Source: an uncultured cyanobacterium
GTDB taxonomy: Bacteria > Cyanobacteriota > Cyanobacteriia > PCC-6307 > Cyanobiaceae
NCBI GenBank assembly: GCA_963765575.1
Contig: CAVXWZ010000008.1
Coordinates: forward strand, 64,001-128,000
Reading direction: 5' to 3'
Length of the DNA stretch: 64,000 nt
Positions 54,859 through 64,000 of this stretch are shown here, one piece after another. A program made the position numbers and the translations under genes. Positions within the stretch are counted from its first letter, which is position 1. Each line of letters starts with the position of its first letter. The notes under the pieces are model-generated. The model saw only the letters and a program-made list of their open reading frames with translations. It was not told where the DNA came from and ran no database searches.

Positions 54859-56178
54859 GTGTCCTTGGCCAACGTCGTCGTCATCGGTGCACAGTGGGGT
54901 GACGAGGGCAAAGGCAAGGTCACCGATCTGCTCAGCCGATCCGCCGACGTGGTGGTGCGCTACCAGGGCGGGGTGAATGCCGGCCACACGATCGTGGTGG
55001 ACGACCGGGTGCTGAAGCTGCACCTGATCCCCTCCGGCATCCTCTATCCCGACACCATCTGCCTGATCGGTTCGGGCACGGTGGTGGATCCGCGGGTGAT
55101 GCTCACCGAGCTGGACATGCTCCAGGACCTCGGTATCGAGGTAGGCGGGCTGAAGCTGGCCTCCACCGCCCACGTGACCATGCCCTACCACCGCCTGCTG
55201 GACCAGGCGATGGAGAGGCGTCGCGGCGATCGGCGCATCGGCACCACGGGCCGTGGCATCGGCCCCACCTATGCCGACAAGTCGGAACGCAACGGCATCC
55301 GCATCATCGACCTGCTGGCTGAGCAGCGCCTGCGCGAGCGCCTCGCCGGCCCGCTGGCCGAGAAGAACGAAATCCTGCAGAAGCTCTACGGCCTCGATCC
55401 GATCGACTTCGACCAGGTGGTGGCGGAGTACGTGGCCTACGGCCAGCGCCTGGCCCCCCACGTGGTCGACTGCACCCGCACCATTCACGAAGCCGCCCGG
55501 GCCCGCCAGAACATCCTGTTTGAGGGGGCCCAGGGCACGTTGCTGGACCTCGATCACGGCACCTACCCCTACGTCACCTCGTCCAACCCGGTGAGCGGCG
55601 GCGCCTGCATCGGCGCCGGCGTGGGCCCCACCCTGATCGACCGGGTGATCGGCGTGGCCAAGGCCTACACCACCCGTGTGGGCGAAGGGCCCTTCCCCAC
55701 CGAGCTGGAGGGCAGCATCAACGATCACCTCTGTGATCGCGGTGGCGAGTACGGCACCACGACAGGCCGGCGGCGGCGCTGCGGCTGGTTTGACGGGGTC
55801 ATCGGCCGCTACGCGGTGCAGGTCAACGGCCTCGACTGCCTGGCGATCACCAAGCTGGACGTGCTCGATGAGCTGGATGCCATCGAGGTGTGCGTGGCCT
55901 ATGAGCTCGATGGTCAGCGCATCGAGCATTTCCCCAGCAGTGCCGAGGACTTCGCCCGCTGCCGGCCGATCTATGAATCACTCCCCGGCTGGCAGACCTC
56001 CACGGCCCACTGCCGCACGCTGGCGGATCTGCCGGCCACGGCGATGAGCTATCTGCGCTTTCTGGCCGAGCTGATGGAGGTGCCGATCGCGATCGTGTCC
56101 CTCGGTGCCGGCCGCGATCAGACGATCGTGGTGGAGGATCCGATCCACGGCCCCAAGCGGGCCCTGCTGAGCACCTGA
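54859..56178 (+). CDS. purA: Adenylosuccinate synthetase
   Basis: [14 protein letters not shown] and [12 protein letters not shown]. Confidence 0.98.
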   Translation: MSLANVVVIGAQWGDEGKGKVTDLLSRSADVVVRYQGGVNAGHTIVVDDRVLKLHLIPSGILYPDTICLIGSGTVVDPRVMLTELDMLQDLGIEVGGLKLASTAHVTMPYHRLLDQAMERRRGDRRIGTTGRGIGPTYADKSERNGIRIIDLLAEQRLRERLAGPLAEKNEILQKLYGLDPIDFDQVVAEYVAYGQRLAPHVVDCTRTIHEAARARQNILFEGAQGTLLDLDHGTYPYVTSSNPVSGGACIGAGVGPTLIDRVIGVAKAYTTRVGEGPFPTELEGSINDHLCDRGGEYGTTTGRRRRCGWFDGVIGRYAVQVNGLDCLAITKLDVLDELDAIEVCVAYELDGQRIEHFPSSAEDFARCRPIYESLPGWQTSTAHCRTLADLPATAMSYLRFLAELMEVPIAIVSLGAGRDQTIVVEDPIHGPKRALLST

Positions 56179-57237
56179 ATGGCCACCACCGCAGCCTCCG
56201 GCTTGCCGAACCAGTCCCCCGACCAGTCCCTCGATGTCGTCGCCATCGGCAACGCCATTGTCGATGTGCTCGTGCAGGTGGAGGATCGCTTCCTCGATGC
56301 CCACGGCCTCAGCAAGGGCACCATGACCCTGCTGGATGCGCAGCAGGCCAGGCGGCTCTACGACAGCATCGGCCCAGGCCTGGAAACCTCCGGTGGCTCG
56401 GCGGCCAACACCCTGGCGGGCATCGCCCAGCTGGGGGGGCGGGCCGGCTTCATCGGCCGGGTGCGGGACGACCAGCTCGGCGACATCTTCAGCCACGACA
56501 TCCGCTCGGTGGGGGCCCGCTATGAAACCCCACCGGCCACGGCCGGAGCCGGCACGGCCCGTTGCCTGATCCTGGTGACGCCGGATGCCCAGCGCACCAT
56601 GGGCACCTATCTGGGGGCTTCGGTGGGGCTGGATCCGGAGGATCTGGATCTGGAGATGGTGGCCCGGGCCCGGGTGCTCTACCTGGAGGGGTATCTCTGG
56701 GACAGCGAGGCGGCCAAGCGTGCCTTCATCGCCGCCGCGGAGGTGGCGCGGGCCCACGGCGGCGAGGTGGCCCTGAGCCTCTCCGATGCCTTCTGTGTGG
56801 AGCGGCACCGTGAGAGTTTCCTGGAGCTGGTCGACGGCCACGTCGATCTGCTGTTCGCCAACGAGATGGAGATCACCTCCCTCTACCGCGCCAACAGCTT
56901 CGCCGAGGCGGTGGAGCAGGTGCGCGGCCGCTGCCGGGTGGCGGCCCTGACCCGCAGTGAGGCGGGCTCGCTGGTGCTGGGCGCTGGCCAGAGCCACCTG
57001 ATCGAGCCGGTGAACCTGGGGGATCTGGTGGACACCACCGGCGCCGGCGATCTCTACGCCGCCGGCTTCCTCTTCGCCTACACCCGGGGCCTGGATCTGC
57101 AGACCTGCGGTCGGCTGGGATCGCTCTGCGCCGGCCAGGTGGTGACCCAGCTCGGGCCCCGCTGCCAGGTGGATCTGCTCGCGCTGGCCCGCCGTCAGCC
57201 TGGCCTGGAGCAGCTCTCCGCCAGCCAGGCCCCGTAG
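56179..57237 (+). CDS. PfkB-family carbohydrate/adenosine kinase
   Basis: GNAIVD, GGSAAN and DTTGAGD. Confidence 0.93.
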   Translation: MATTAASGLPNQSPDQSLDVVAIGNAIVDVLVQVEDRFLDAHGLSKGTMTLLDAQQARRLYDSIGPGLETSGGSAANTLAGIAQLGGRAGFIGRVRDDQLGDIFSHDIRSVGARYETPPATAGAGTARCLILVTPDAQRTMGTYLGASVGLDPEDLDLEMVARARVLYLEGYLWDSEAAKRAFIAAAEVARAHGGEVALSLSDAFCVERHRESFLELVDGHVDLLFANEMEITSLYRANSFAEAVEQVRGRCRVAALTRSEAGSLVLGAGQSHLIEPVNLGDLVDTTGAGDLYAAGFLFAYTRGLDLQTCGRLGSLCAGQVVTQLGPRCQVDLLALARRQPGLEQLSASQAP

Positions 57238-57524
57238 CCGGCACTGCAGCGGGCCGGCCAGTGAATCCACTCCGGGGTGGAGTAGCTGTGCAGCTCCCGC
57301 ACCGCCTGCTCCAACTCCGGCAGGCGAGCGATCTGGGTCTTGATCAGCAGCTGGGTCTCCTCGCTGCGTTCCAGCGCCCCCTCCCAGCGGTAGAGCGAGA
57401 GCAGGGGACGCAGGGCGATGCAGGCCGCCAGGCGCCGCTCCAGCAGGGTTCTGGCCAGGGCTTCAGCCCGCTGCGGATCGGCTTCGGTGGTGAGCGCCAG
57501 CACCAGATCGACATCCCCGGGCAT
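57195..57524 (-). CDS. cutA: Divalent-cation tolerance protein CutA
   Basis: LAAC, SLYRWEG, LLIKT and HSYSTPE. It is the C-terminal 109 aa of the 383-aa ORF. Confidence 0.92.
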   Translation of the reverse strand: MPGDVDLVLALTTEADPQRAEALARTLLERRLAACIALRPLLSLYRWEGALERSEETQLLIKTQIARLPELEQAVRELHSYSTPEWIHWPARCSAGYGAWLAESCSRPG

Positions 57525-57538
57525 GGCGGCTGAACACG

Positions 57539-58369
57539 TCAACGGCTCCAGGCTGCCAGGGTCTGCAGCAACGCGGCGTAGTTGAGGCTGAGACCGGCCG
57601 GGCGGCGCTGCGGCCGGCGCAGGAGCAACAGCCGGCAGCCCTGGGCCGCAGCCAGACGGCGCCAGAGGGTTTCGGTGGGCGGCCCCGAGGCCCGCGCCAG
57701 GATCGCCTCGATGCGCCAGCGCCGCAGCAGGGCCGCCTCCACCGCCCCTGCCGGCAGGGCCGGATCCGGCCGGGGGTGCAGGGGAGCCAGCCGCTCCGCC
57801 GCCACACCCGCCGCCAGCGCCTGGCGCACGGCCTCCGGATTGGGCAGCACCCGGGCGTGATGCCGGGCGGCCGGGCTGCTGCGCAGCGCCAGGGCCAGAT
57901 GGCGCGAGCCGATCGCCAGCAGCAGCCGGGTGCCGGCCAGGGGGACGGCCGCCAGATCCGCCAGCTGCGTCAGACCCTGCACCTGCCCTGCCCCGCCGGG
58001 ATGGCGGTCGCTGCTGGGCGGGTTCGCCAGGCTGTCCCGCTCCAGGCACAGCAGCGTCACCGCGGCGGCGGCGCTGCCCTCCGCCAGTTCGAGGTGAAGG
58101 CGGCTGGCGAAGGGGTGGCTGGCATCCAGCACCGCCCGGAACGGCTCCCCCCGGCGCTCGGCCGCGAGCAGTTCCCCGGTGAGGCTGCTGGCGCCCCCCA
58201 ACGGTCCCACCCGCAGCTCCAGGGCCGGGTGCGGGCGATAGGCCCGGGCGGCGGCGGCGGTGACCACACTCACCCGCAGCCGCCAGCCGAGCTCGAGCAG
58301 GGCGGCAGCCAGGGGCGGCCCTTCGCCGGTGCCGCTGAACAGCCACAGCCGCCGGACCTGCTGCGGCAT
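57539..58369 (-). CDS. cobK: Precorrin-6A/cobalt-precorrin-6A reductase
   Basis: FSGTGEG, LDASHPFA, ARVLP and RASG. Confidence 0.9.
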   Translation of the reverse strand: MPQQVRRLWLFSGTGEGPPLAAALLELGWRLRVSVVTAAAARAYRPHPALELRVGPLGGASSLTGELLAAERRGEPFRAVLDASHPFASRLHLELAEGSAAAAVTLLCLERDSLANPPSSDRHPGGAGQVQGLTQLADLAAVPLAGTRLLLAIGSRHLALALRSSPAARHHARVLPNPEAVRQALAAGVAAERLAPLHPRPDPALPAGAVEAALLRRWRIEAILARASGPPTETLWRRLAAAQGCRLLLLRRPQRRPAGLSLNYAALLQTLAAWSR

Positions 58370-58416
58370 TGGGGTGCTGTGCATCAAGATGGGCGGCGTT
58401 GCGTGGGTCAGCGGCC

Positions 58417-58914
58417 GTGAATCACTGTCTTCTGGAGGTCGACGTGCTGGAGGCTCCCCAGCTCCGCTTCACCCAGGACAACCAGACACCGGTGGCCGAA
58501 ATGCTCGTGCAGGTGGAGGGACTGCGTCCCGATGATCCCCCGGGCCAGCTGAAGGTGGTGGGCTGGGGCAACCTGGCCCAGGATCTGCAGAACCGCGTCC
58601 AGCCCGGTCAGCGCCTGGTGCTCGAGGGCCGCCTGCGCATGAGCACCGTGACCCGCCAGGACGGCATCAAGGAGAAGCGGACTGAATTCACCCTCTCGCG
58701 GCTGCATCCGCTCACGGCCGCAGCCCCTGGTCCGCTCAGGGCCGCAGCCCCTGGTCGAGGTCCTGGTCCAGCCCCGACACCAGCAGCTCCCCCCTCCCGG
58801 GTGATCCCCGCCCGGGTGGCCCCGGATGGCGGGGCAGCCGCCGAGGCGCCGAGCTGGAACACGGCTCCACTGGTGCCGGATCTGGCCGATGGCGACGACG
58901 AGATCCCCTTCTGA
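58417..58914 (+). CDS. Single-stranded DNA-binding protein-like (cyanobacterial Ycf41/SSB paralog)
   Basis: PQLRFTQD, VVGWG, LEGRL and acidic C-terminal DDEIPF. Confidence 0.9.
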   Translation: MNHCLLEVDVLEAPQLRFTQDNQTPVAEMLVQVEGLRPDDPPGQLKVVGWGNLAQDLQNRVQPGQRLVLEGRLRMSTVTRQDGIKEKRTEFTLSRLHPLTAAAPGPLRAAAPGRGPGPAPTPAAPPSRVIPARVAPDGGAAAEAPSWNTAPLVPDLADGDDEIPF

Positions 58915-58951
58915 GCCCATCGCGTTGGCTGCCGAGCCGACCGCCCAGTCC

Positions 58952-59146
58952 TCAGCCCTGGGCTTCGGGCCGTTCCCCGATCCGGTCCAGCAGTTCCCCC
59001 AGCTCCCGCTCCAGGGCCGCCAGGTCCAGGCGCCAGCTCGGCCAGGCGCCGCTGTCGATGTGCCGCAGCAGCCAGAGGCGGTCGGCCTGGAGCTGACGCA
59101 CCAGTTCAGCCACGCTGGGCGCCGGATCTGCGGTCGCGTCGGCCAT
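58952..59146 (-). CDS. Small conserved hypothetical protein
   Basis: LQADRLWLL..ID.G.W...RLDLAALEREL helical pattern; fills the gap. Confidence 0.7.
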   Translation of the reverse strand: MADATADPAPSVAELVRQLQADRLWLLRHIDSGAWPSWRLDLAALERELGELLDRIGERPEAQG

Positions 59147-59168
59147 GGGCATACAGGAGGATGGGCCC

Positions 59169-59792
59169 ATGCAAGCACTTCTCTCTCCGGGCAGCCTGGT
59201 GACCATCGCCGGGGCGTCGCTGTCGGTGATCGGCTGGATCGGCTATGCCACGGGCAATCCCAACCTCAGCCTGCCCACGATCTTCTACGGCATCCCGATC
59301 CTGCTGGGGGGCCTGGCCCTGAAGTCGTCGGAGCTGCCACCGGTTGAGCGCCTCACCCCGCCCGCCGATTTCCGGGAGCTGCGCGAGCGACCCGAGAGCG
59401 AGCCGCTGCGCAAGCTGCTGGCCGATGTGCTGCGCTGGCGCTATGGCCAGAAGGCCCACCTGGAGAGCTCCCTGGAGGCGCTCAAGCTCTGGGACGAGGA
59501 CAAGCCACCGCAGCTGCGCAGCATCGAGGAATTGGCCTGCGACGGCGGCTACGGCCTGCGCCTGCGCTTCGCCTGTGGGGCTGTGCCCTACGAGCGCTGG
59601 CAGGAGCGGCAGGAGCGCCTCGGCCGCTTTTTCGGCAGTGGCCTGAGGGCTGAACTCGAATCACGCAAGCCTGGCGGTCTGCAGCTCAGCCTGCTGCCCA
59701 GCGCCGGCGCCACCCCCCCCTCCGGCGACCCGCTCCAGTCCGGCAGTCGCCGCCTGAACCCCAACCTCCCGATCCCGCCAGCACCGCCTTGA
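59169..59792 (+). CDS. DUF2854 thylakoid membrane protein
   Basis: [28 protein letters not shown] and RFFG. Confidence 0.88.
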   Translation: MQALLSPGSLVTIAGASLSVIGWIGYATGNPNLSLPTIFYGIPILLGGLALKSSELPPVERLTPPADFRELRERPESEPLRKLLADVLRWRYGQKAHLESSLEALKLWDEDKPPQLRSIEELACDGGYGLRLRFACGAVPYERWQERQERLGRFFGSGLRAELESRKPGGLQLSLLPSAGATPPSGDPLQSGSRRLNPNLPIPPAPP

Positions 59793-60685
59793 GCCCCGAT
59801 CCCGCCATCAGCCACACCGACGCCCTGCGCGTGTCGGTGCTCAGTGAGGCTCTGCCCTACATCCAGCGTTTTGCCGGCCGTCGCGTGGTGGTGAAGTACG
59901 GGGGGGCGGCCATGGCCCGGGCCGATCTGCGCGATGCGGTGTATCGCGATCTGGTGCTGCTCTCCTCGGTGGGGGTGCGGCCGGTGGTGGTGCATGGTGG
60001 CGGCCCGGAGATCAATGACTGGCTGGGACGGCTCAACATCCAGCCCGAGTTCCGCAACGGTCTGCGGGTCACCACCCCCGAAACCATGGACGTGGTGGAG
60101 ATGGTGCTGGTGGGCCGGGTCAACAAACACATCGTCAACGGCCTCAACCGGGTGGGCGGCCGGGCCGTCGGGCTCTGCGGCAGCGATGGCTCCCTGGTGG
60201 TCGCGCGCACCTATGACGACGGCAACCACGGCCTGGTGGGTGAGGTGCAGGCGGTGGATCCGGCCCTGCTCTACCCCCTGCTCGATGCCGGCTACATCCC
60301 GGTGATCTCCAGCGTGGCCGCCGACCGGGAGGGCCAGGCCCACAACATCAACGCCGACACGGTGGCCGGCGAACTGGCCGCCGCCCTGCAGGCCGAGAAG
60401 CTGATCCTGCTCACCGACACCCCGGGAATCCTGCGCGACCGCCACGACCCCGCTTCGCTGGTCCGCCAGCTGAGCCTGGCCGGCGCCCGTGACCTGATCG
60501 CCGGGGGAGTGGTGGAGGGCGGCATGACCCCCAAGACCGAGTGCTGCATCCGCGCCCTGGCCCAGGGGGTGGGGGCGGCCCACATCGTTGATGGGCGTGT
60601 GCCCCACGCCCTGTTGCTGGAGGTGTTTACCAATGCCGGCATCGGCACGATGGTGGTGGGCAGTGACCGCCAGCTGCGCCGCTGA
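59789..60685 (+). CDS. argB: Acetylglutamate kinase
   Basis: [27 protein letters not shown] and GGMTPK. Confidence 0.97.
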   Translation: MSPDPAISHTDALRVSVLSEALPYIQRFAGRRVVVKYGGAAMARADLRDAVYRDLVLLSSVGVRPVVVHGGGPEINDWLGRLNIQPEFRNGLRVTTPETMDVVEMVLVGRVNKHIVNGLNRVGGRAVGLCGSDGSLVVARTYDDGNHGLVGEVQAVDPALLYPLLDAGYIPVISSVAADREGQAHNINADTVAGELAAALQAEKLILLTDTPGILRDRHDPASLVRQLSLAGARDLIAGGVVEGGMTPKTECCIRALAQGVGAAHIVDGRVPHALLLEVFTNAGIGTMVVGSDRQLRR

Positions 60686-60704
60686 GCGCACTGCTCTGCG
60701 CGCC

Positions 60705-61868
60705 ATGCCCCTCGATCCCTGCGCCGGCGATCCCGTGCCCGATCCCTCGCCCGATCCCTTCGCCAGTGCGCGTCAGGCCCTGGATCGGGGCGATTACGGC
60801 CAGGTGCTGCGCCTGCTGCAGCCGCTCGTCAGCCAGTACCCGCCGGCCACGCCGGAGGGAGGCAGCCTGCAGCTGCTGCTTGCCACCGCCTGCATGGGCC
60901 GCGGTGACAGCGCGGCGGCCGTGGCCTGCTGCCGCCAGGCCGGCTGCTGCGGCGATGCCACCCTGCGCCAGCAGGCCCGCGAGCTGCTGGAGGTGCTGGA
61001 GGCGCCTGCCCTCAGCCGACCGCGGGAGTGGTCGCTGAGCCTGCCGGAGCTGGGCGCGGTGGAGCCGCTCAGCGCAGCCCTGCGCCAGCGCCCCGGCGGC
61101 CATTCCACCGCCTCCCCGTCCCCAGAGCCGCCGCCGCCTGTGGGCCCCACCAGGGCCCCCGTGGGACTGGCGGTGTTGGTGGCGATCCTGCTGGTGATCA
61201 GCCTGCTGCTGGGGGGCTGCGTGCAGGTGCGCGCCGAGCTGCGCTTCGGGGCCCCCGGCCGGCTGCAGCTGGTGGAGCAGCTCAGCCCCGGGGAGGGCCA
61301 GCCCGCCGGCCCCTGGCAGCGCCAGTTCGCTGGTCAGCTGCAGACGCTGGGCCTGCGGCCACTCTCAGCCTCTGGCCCGGGCGCCGAGGTGGTGCGGCTG
61401 GAGGGGGCGATGCAACCGGCCGCCCTGGCCCTCGACACCCTCGCCAGCAGTGCCCAGGGTGCGGCGAAGCTGGCGGGCATGGTGTTGCCACCGCCGCAGC
61501 TGCACTGGCAGGAGCGCAACTGGCTGGTGGGGGTGCGTCAGCAGCTGGCCATCGACCTTGATCTGAGGGCCGCCGCCGGGGTCCCGGGCGTGGAGGTGAG
61601 CCTTGATCTCTTGCCCCTGTCGCCGCGGGCCGTGCGCCGCGCCCTGCCGGAGCCGGTGCAGGTGCTGCAGGCCCGGCCCACCCAGCCAGGGCCCCAGCTG
61701 CGCTGGCCCCTGCGGCTCGGTGAGCGCAACCAGCTGGAACTCTCCTGCTGGCGCTGGAGCCCCCTGGGACTGGGTGCTGTGGCGATCGCCCTGGTGCTGG
61801 TGCTGGTGCTGCTGCTCGCCAGGGTGCGCCAGCGGCTGGGCTTCGGCTGGCCGGAGTTGCCGGCCTGA
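60705..61868 (+). CDS. TPR-like N-domain plus DUF3153-like membrane protein
   Basis: N-terminal helical repeat (ALDRGDY, LLEVLEAPAL), LGGC and C-terminal WSPLGLG TM segment. Confidence 0.75.
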   Translation: MPLDPCAGDPVPDPSPDPFASARQALDRGDYGQVLRLLQPLVSQYPPATPEGGSLQLLLATACMGRGDSAAAVACCRQAGCCGDATLRQQARELLEVLEAPALSRPREWSLSLPELGAVEPLSAALRQRPGGHSTASPSPEPPPPVGPTRAPVGLAVLVAILLVISLLLGGCVQVRAELRFGAPGRLQLVEQLSPGEGQPAGPWQRQFAGQLQTLGLRPLSASGPGAEVVRLEGAMQPAALALDTLASSAQGAAKLAGMVLPPPQLHWQERNWLVGVRQQLAIDLDLRAAAGVPGVEVSLDLLPLSPRAVRRALPEPVQVLQARPTQPGPQLRWPLRLGERNQLELSCWRWSPLGLGAVAIALVLVLVLLLARVRQRLGFGWPELPA

Positions 61869-61886
61869 GGGTCTGCCCCGCCCGGA

Positions 61887-64000
61887 TCAGAGCACCTGGG
61901 GGTCGGGGTCGATCGCCAGCCCCACCGCGGCGGGCAGCATCTGCCGCAGGTCCGCCTCCGCTGGCAGCGGCAGGGGGCTGGCGGCCGGTCCGTGCAGCAG
62001 CAGTTGCCAGCGGCTGCGGCCCGCCACCCGGGCCACCGGCGCCGGAGCTGGGCCGATCACGCACCAGCCCTGCAGCTGGGCGGCCGGCAGGATGCGCTCC
62101 GCCACCGCCGCCGCAGTGGTGGCGGTGGCGGCGGCGCTGGGGCCGCTGAAGCGCAGCAGACAGGCCCGGCTGAAGGGCACCAGGCCGCCATGGCGGCGCA
62201 GCTCCCCCTCCTCGGCCAGGAAGCGGTCGTAGCGGCCATCCACCAGGTGGCGGATCACCGGATGGTCGGGGCTGTAGGTCTGCACCAGCACCTCCCCGGG
62301 GCGCTCGCCGCGGCCCGCACGGCCCGCCAGCTGCAACAGCAGCTGCAGGCTCTGCTCGGCGGCGCGCAGATCCGGCCGATGCAGCAGACCATCGGCGGCC
62401 AGCACCGCCGCCAGCGTCACCTGCGGCAGGTCGATGCCCTTGGCGAGCATCTGCGTCCCCACCAGCACGTCCGCCTGGCCGCTGGCAAAGCGCTCCAGCA
62501 GGCGGCGATGGCCGTCGCGGCCGCGGGTGGTGTCGCGGTCGAAGCGCAGCACCCGCAGCCCTTCCAGTTCCCGTTCCAGCTGCTCCATCACCCGCTGGGT
62601 GCCGGCGCCGAAGGGCTTGAAGGCGCTTGAACCGCAGTGGCCGCAGCGCTCTGCCAGCTCGGCCCGGTGGTCACACCAGTGGCAGCGCAGCCATTCCCGC
62701 CCCTGCCCGGAACGGTGCACCGTCATGGCCACATCGCAATGGGGGCAGAGCACCGCCTCACCGCAGCTGCGGCAGCTCACGAAGGCGTGGTAGCCGCGGC
62801 GTGGCACCAGCACCACCGCCTGCTCCCCCTGCTCGCGGATCGCCGCCAGCCGCTCCATCAGCGGCCGGCTGAGCAGGCGGCGGTGGCCTGCGGCCAGCTC
62901 CTGGCGCATGTCCACCACCCGCACGGGCGGCAGGGGGCGGCCACCGATGCGCTGGGGCAGCCGCAGCAGGCGGGTGTCGGCCGCCGGGCCGTGGCAGGCC
63001 TGCCAGGATTCCAGCGACGGGGTGGCACTGCCCAGCACCAGGCGTGCACCGCTGAGCCGGGCCCGCAGCCGGGCCACGTCGCGGGCGTGGTAGCAGGGCA
63101 TCGGGCTCTCCTGCTTGTAGGAGCTGTCGTGTTCCTCGTCGAGCACGATCAGCCCGGGGTTCGGCAGCGGCAGGAACACCGCCGAGCGGGTGCCCACGGC
63201 CAGCAGCGGCGCGGGGTCCAGGCAGCGGCGCCAGGTGGCCACGCGGGCGCCATCGCTGAGGCCGCTGTGAAACTCCACCACCCGGGCCCCGAAGCGCTCG
63301 CGGCAGCGGTCGAGCAGCTGGGGAATCAGGCCGATTTCGGGCGCCAGCAACAGCACACTGCGGCCCTGCTCCAGGCAACGGGCCGCCGCCTGCAGATACA
63401 CCTCCGTCTTGCCCGCACCGGTCACGCCCCAGAGCAGCAGGGCCTGGCCGTCAGCTCCGCCGTCGATGGCCTCCAGGGCGGCACGCTGGGCCTGCGTGAG
63501 CTCGCGGGGGGCCGCAGCCCGGGGGGGCGGGGCGGCCGCGGGGTCTGGGGCGGCAGCTTGCTCGCGGCACACCAGACCCCGCCGCTCCAGCGCCTGCAGC
63601 ACCGATCGGCTGAAGCGGCCGCTGCCGCACACCTGGCGCAGGGGCAAAGGACGCCCGGCCTGGCGCAGGTGCGCGAGCAGCTCCTGCTGACGCTCGCTGA
63701 GCCGGTCCCCGGACCCGTCGGGCGCCGGCTGGCAGGGGCGCACGAACCAGATCGCAGCCGCGGGGCCATGGCTGGCCTGCCGCCGCTGTCCCAGCCAGCC
63801 TGGTGGCAGGGCGCTCTTGAGGGTTTTGAAGCGGCTGGTGTGGCAGCGATCCGCCACGCCGTCGATCAGCTGCTGCCAGTTGCCATCCACCGCCGCCGGC
63901 TGCAGGTGGCGCAGCACCGGCTCCAGCCGCCGCCCGGCGAGCTCCGGCGGCGGGGCGTCCAGCAGCTCCACCACCAGACCGGCATGGCGCCTGCCCTGCA
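61887..64000 (-). CDS. priA: Primosomal protein N' (5' end outside the window)
   Basis: GVTGAGKTEVY, DEEH, Cys-rich zinc region, GTQMLAKG and QLAGRAGR. Confidence 0.97.
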   Translation of the reverse strand, partial: QGRRHAGLVVELLDAPPPELAGRRLEPVLRHLQPAAVDGNWQQLIDGVADRCHTSRFKTLKSALPPGWLGQRRQASHGPAAAIWFVRPCQPAPDGSGDRLSERQQELLAHLRQAGRPLPLRQVCGSGRFSRSVLQALERRGLVCREQAAAPDPAAAPPPRAAAPRELTQAQRAALEAIDGGADGQALLLWGVTGAGKTEVYLQAAARCLEQGRSVLLLAPEIGLIPQLLDRCRERFGARVVEFHSGLSDGARVATWRRCLDPAPLLAVGTRSAVFLPLPNPGLIVLDEEHDSSYKQESPMPCYHARDVARLRARLSGARLVLGSATPSLESWQACHGPAADTRLLRLPQRIGGRPLPPVRVVDMRQELAAGHRRLLSRPLMERLAAIREQGEQAVVLVPRRGYHAFVSCRSCGEAVLCPHCDVAMTVHRSGQGREWLRCHWCDHRAELAERCGHCGSSAFKPFGAGTQRVMEQLERELEGLRVLRFDRDTTRGRDGHRRLLERFASGQADVLVGTQMLAKGIDLPQVTLAAVLAADGLLHRPDLRAAEQSLQLLLQLAGRAGRGERPGEVLVQTYSPDHPVIRHLVDGRYDRFLAEEGELRRHGGLVPFSRACLLRFSGPSAAATATTAAAVAERILPAAQLQGWCVIGPAPAPVARVAGRSRWQLLLHGPAASPLPLPAEADLRQMLPAAVGLAIDPDPQVL

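Overview
A high-GC (about 70% by eye) chromosomal segment from an alpha-cyanobacterium, most likely a Cyanobium/Synechococcus subcluster 5.2-type picocyanobacterium (Form IA RuBisCO plus cso operon). It begins inside csoS2 and runs through rbcS, rbcL, csoS1A, a Ham1 paralog, csoS1D, por, psaM (below the ORF-track cutoff), the ado-aar-accA-SDR-folE alkane cluster, a probable accessory block (photolyase/cryptochrome-like gene, FAD dehydrogenase, small CxxC ORF, MBL, MscS, ppsA), and core genes ilvB, hemH, a sedentary tyrosine recombinase, cobO, pyrH, frr, tal, ftsI, lepB, ppa, proS, psb27, purA, cobK, argB and priA (truncated). I found no rRNA, tRNA, CRISPR array or transposase. Most noteworthy: (1) a photolyase-family protein with Asp at the FAD-N5 position and a C-terminal tail, as in plant cryptochromes; (2) chlL/chlB/chlN missing from their usual place next to por; (3) a cso-linked Ham1 paralog with altered substrate-recognition motifs; (4) an ITG motif in the CsoS1D N-tail like those in CsoS2; (5) an exact 269-bp duplication flanking a 226-bp G/T-only tract in a ferredoxin gene, probably an assembly artefact. 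No complete novel multi-gene system can be demonstrated from the sequence alone. Family assignments come from motif recognition, not database searches.
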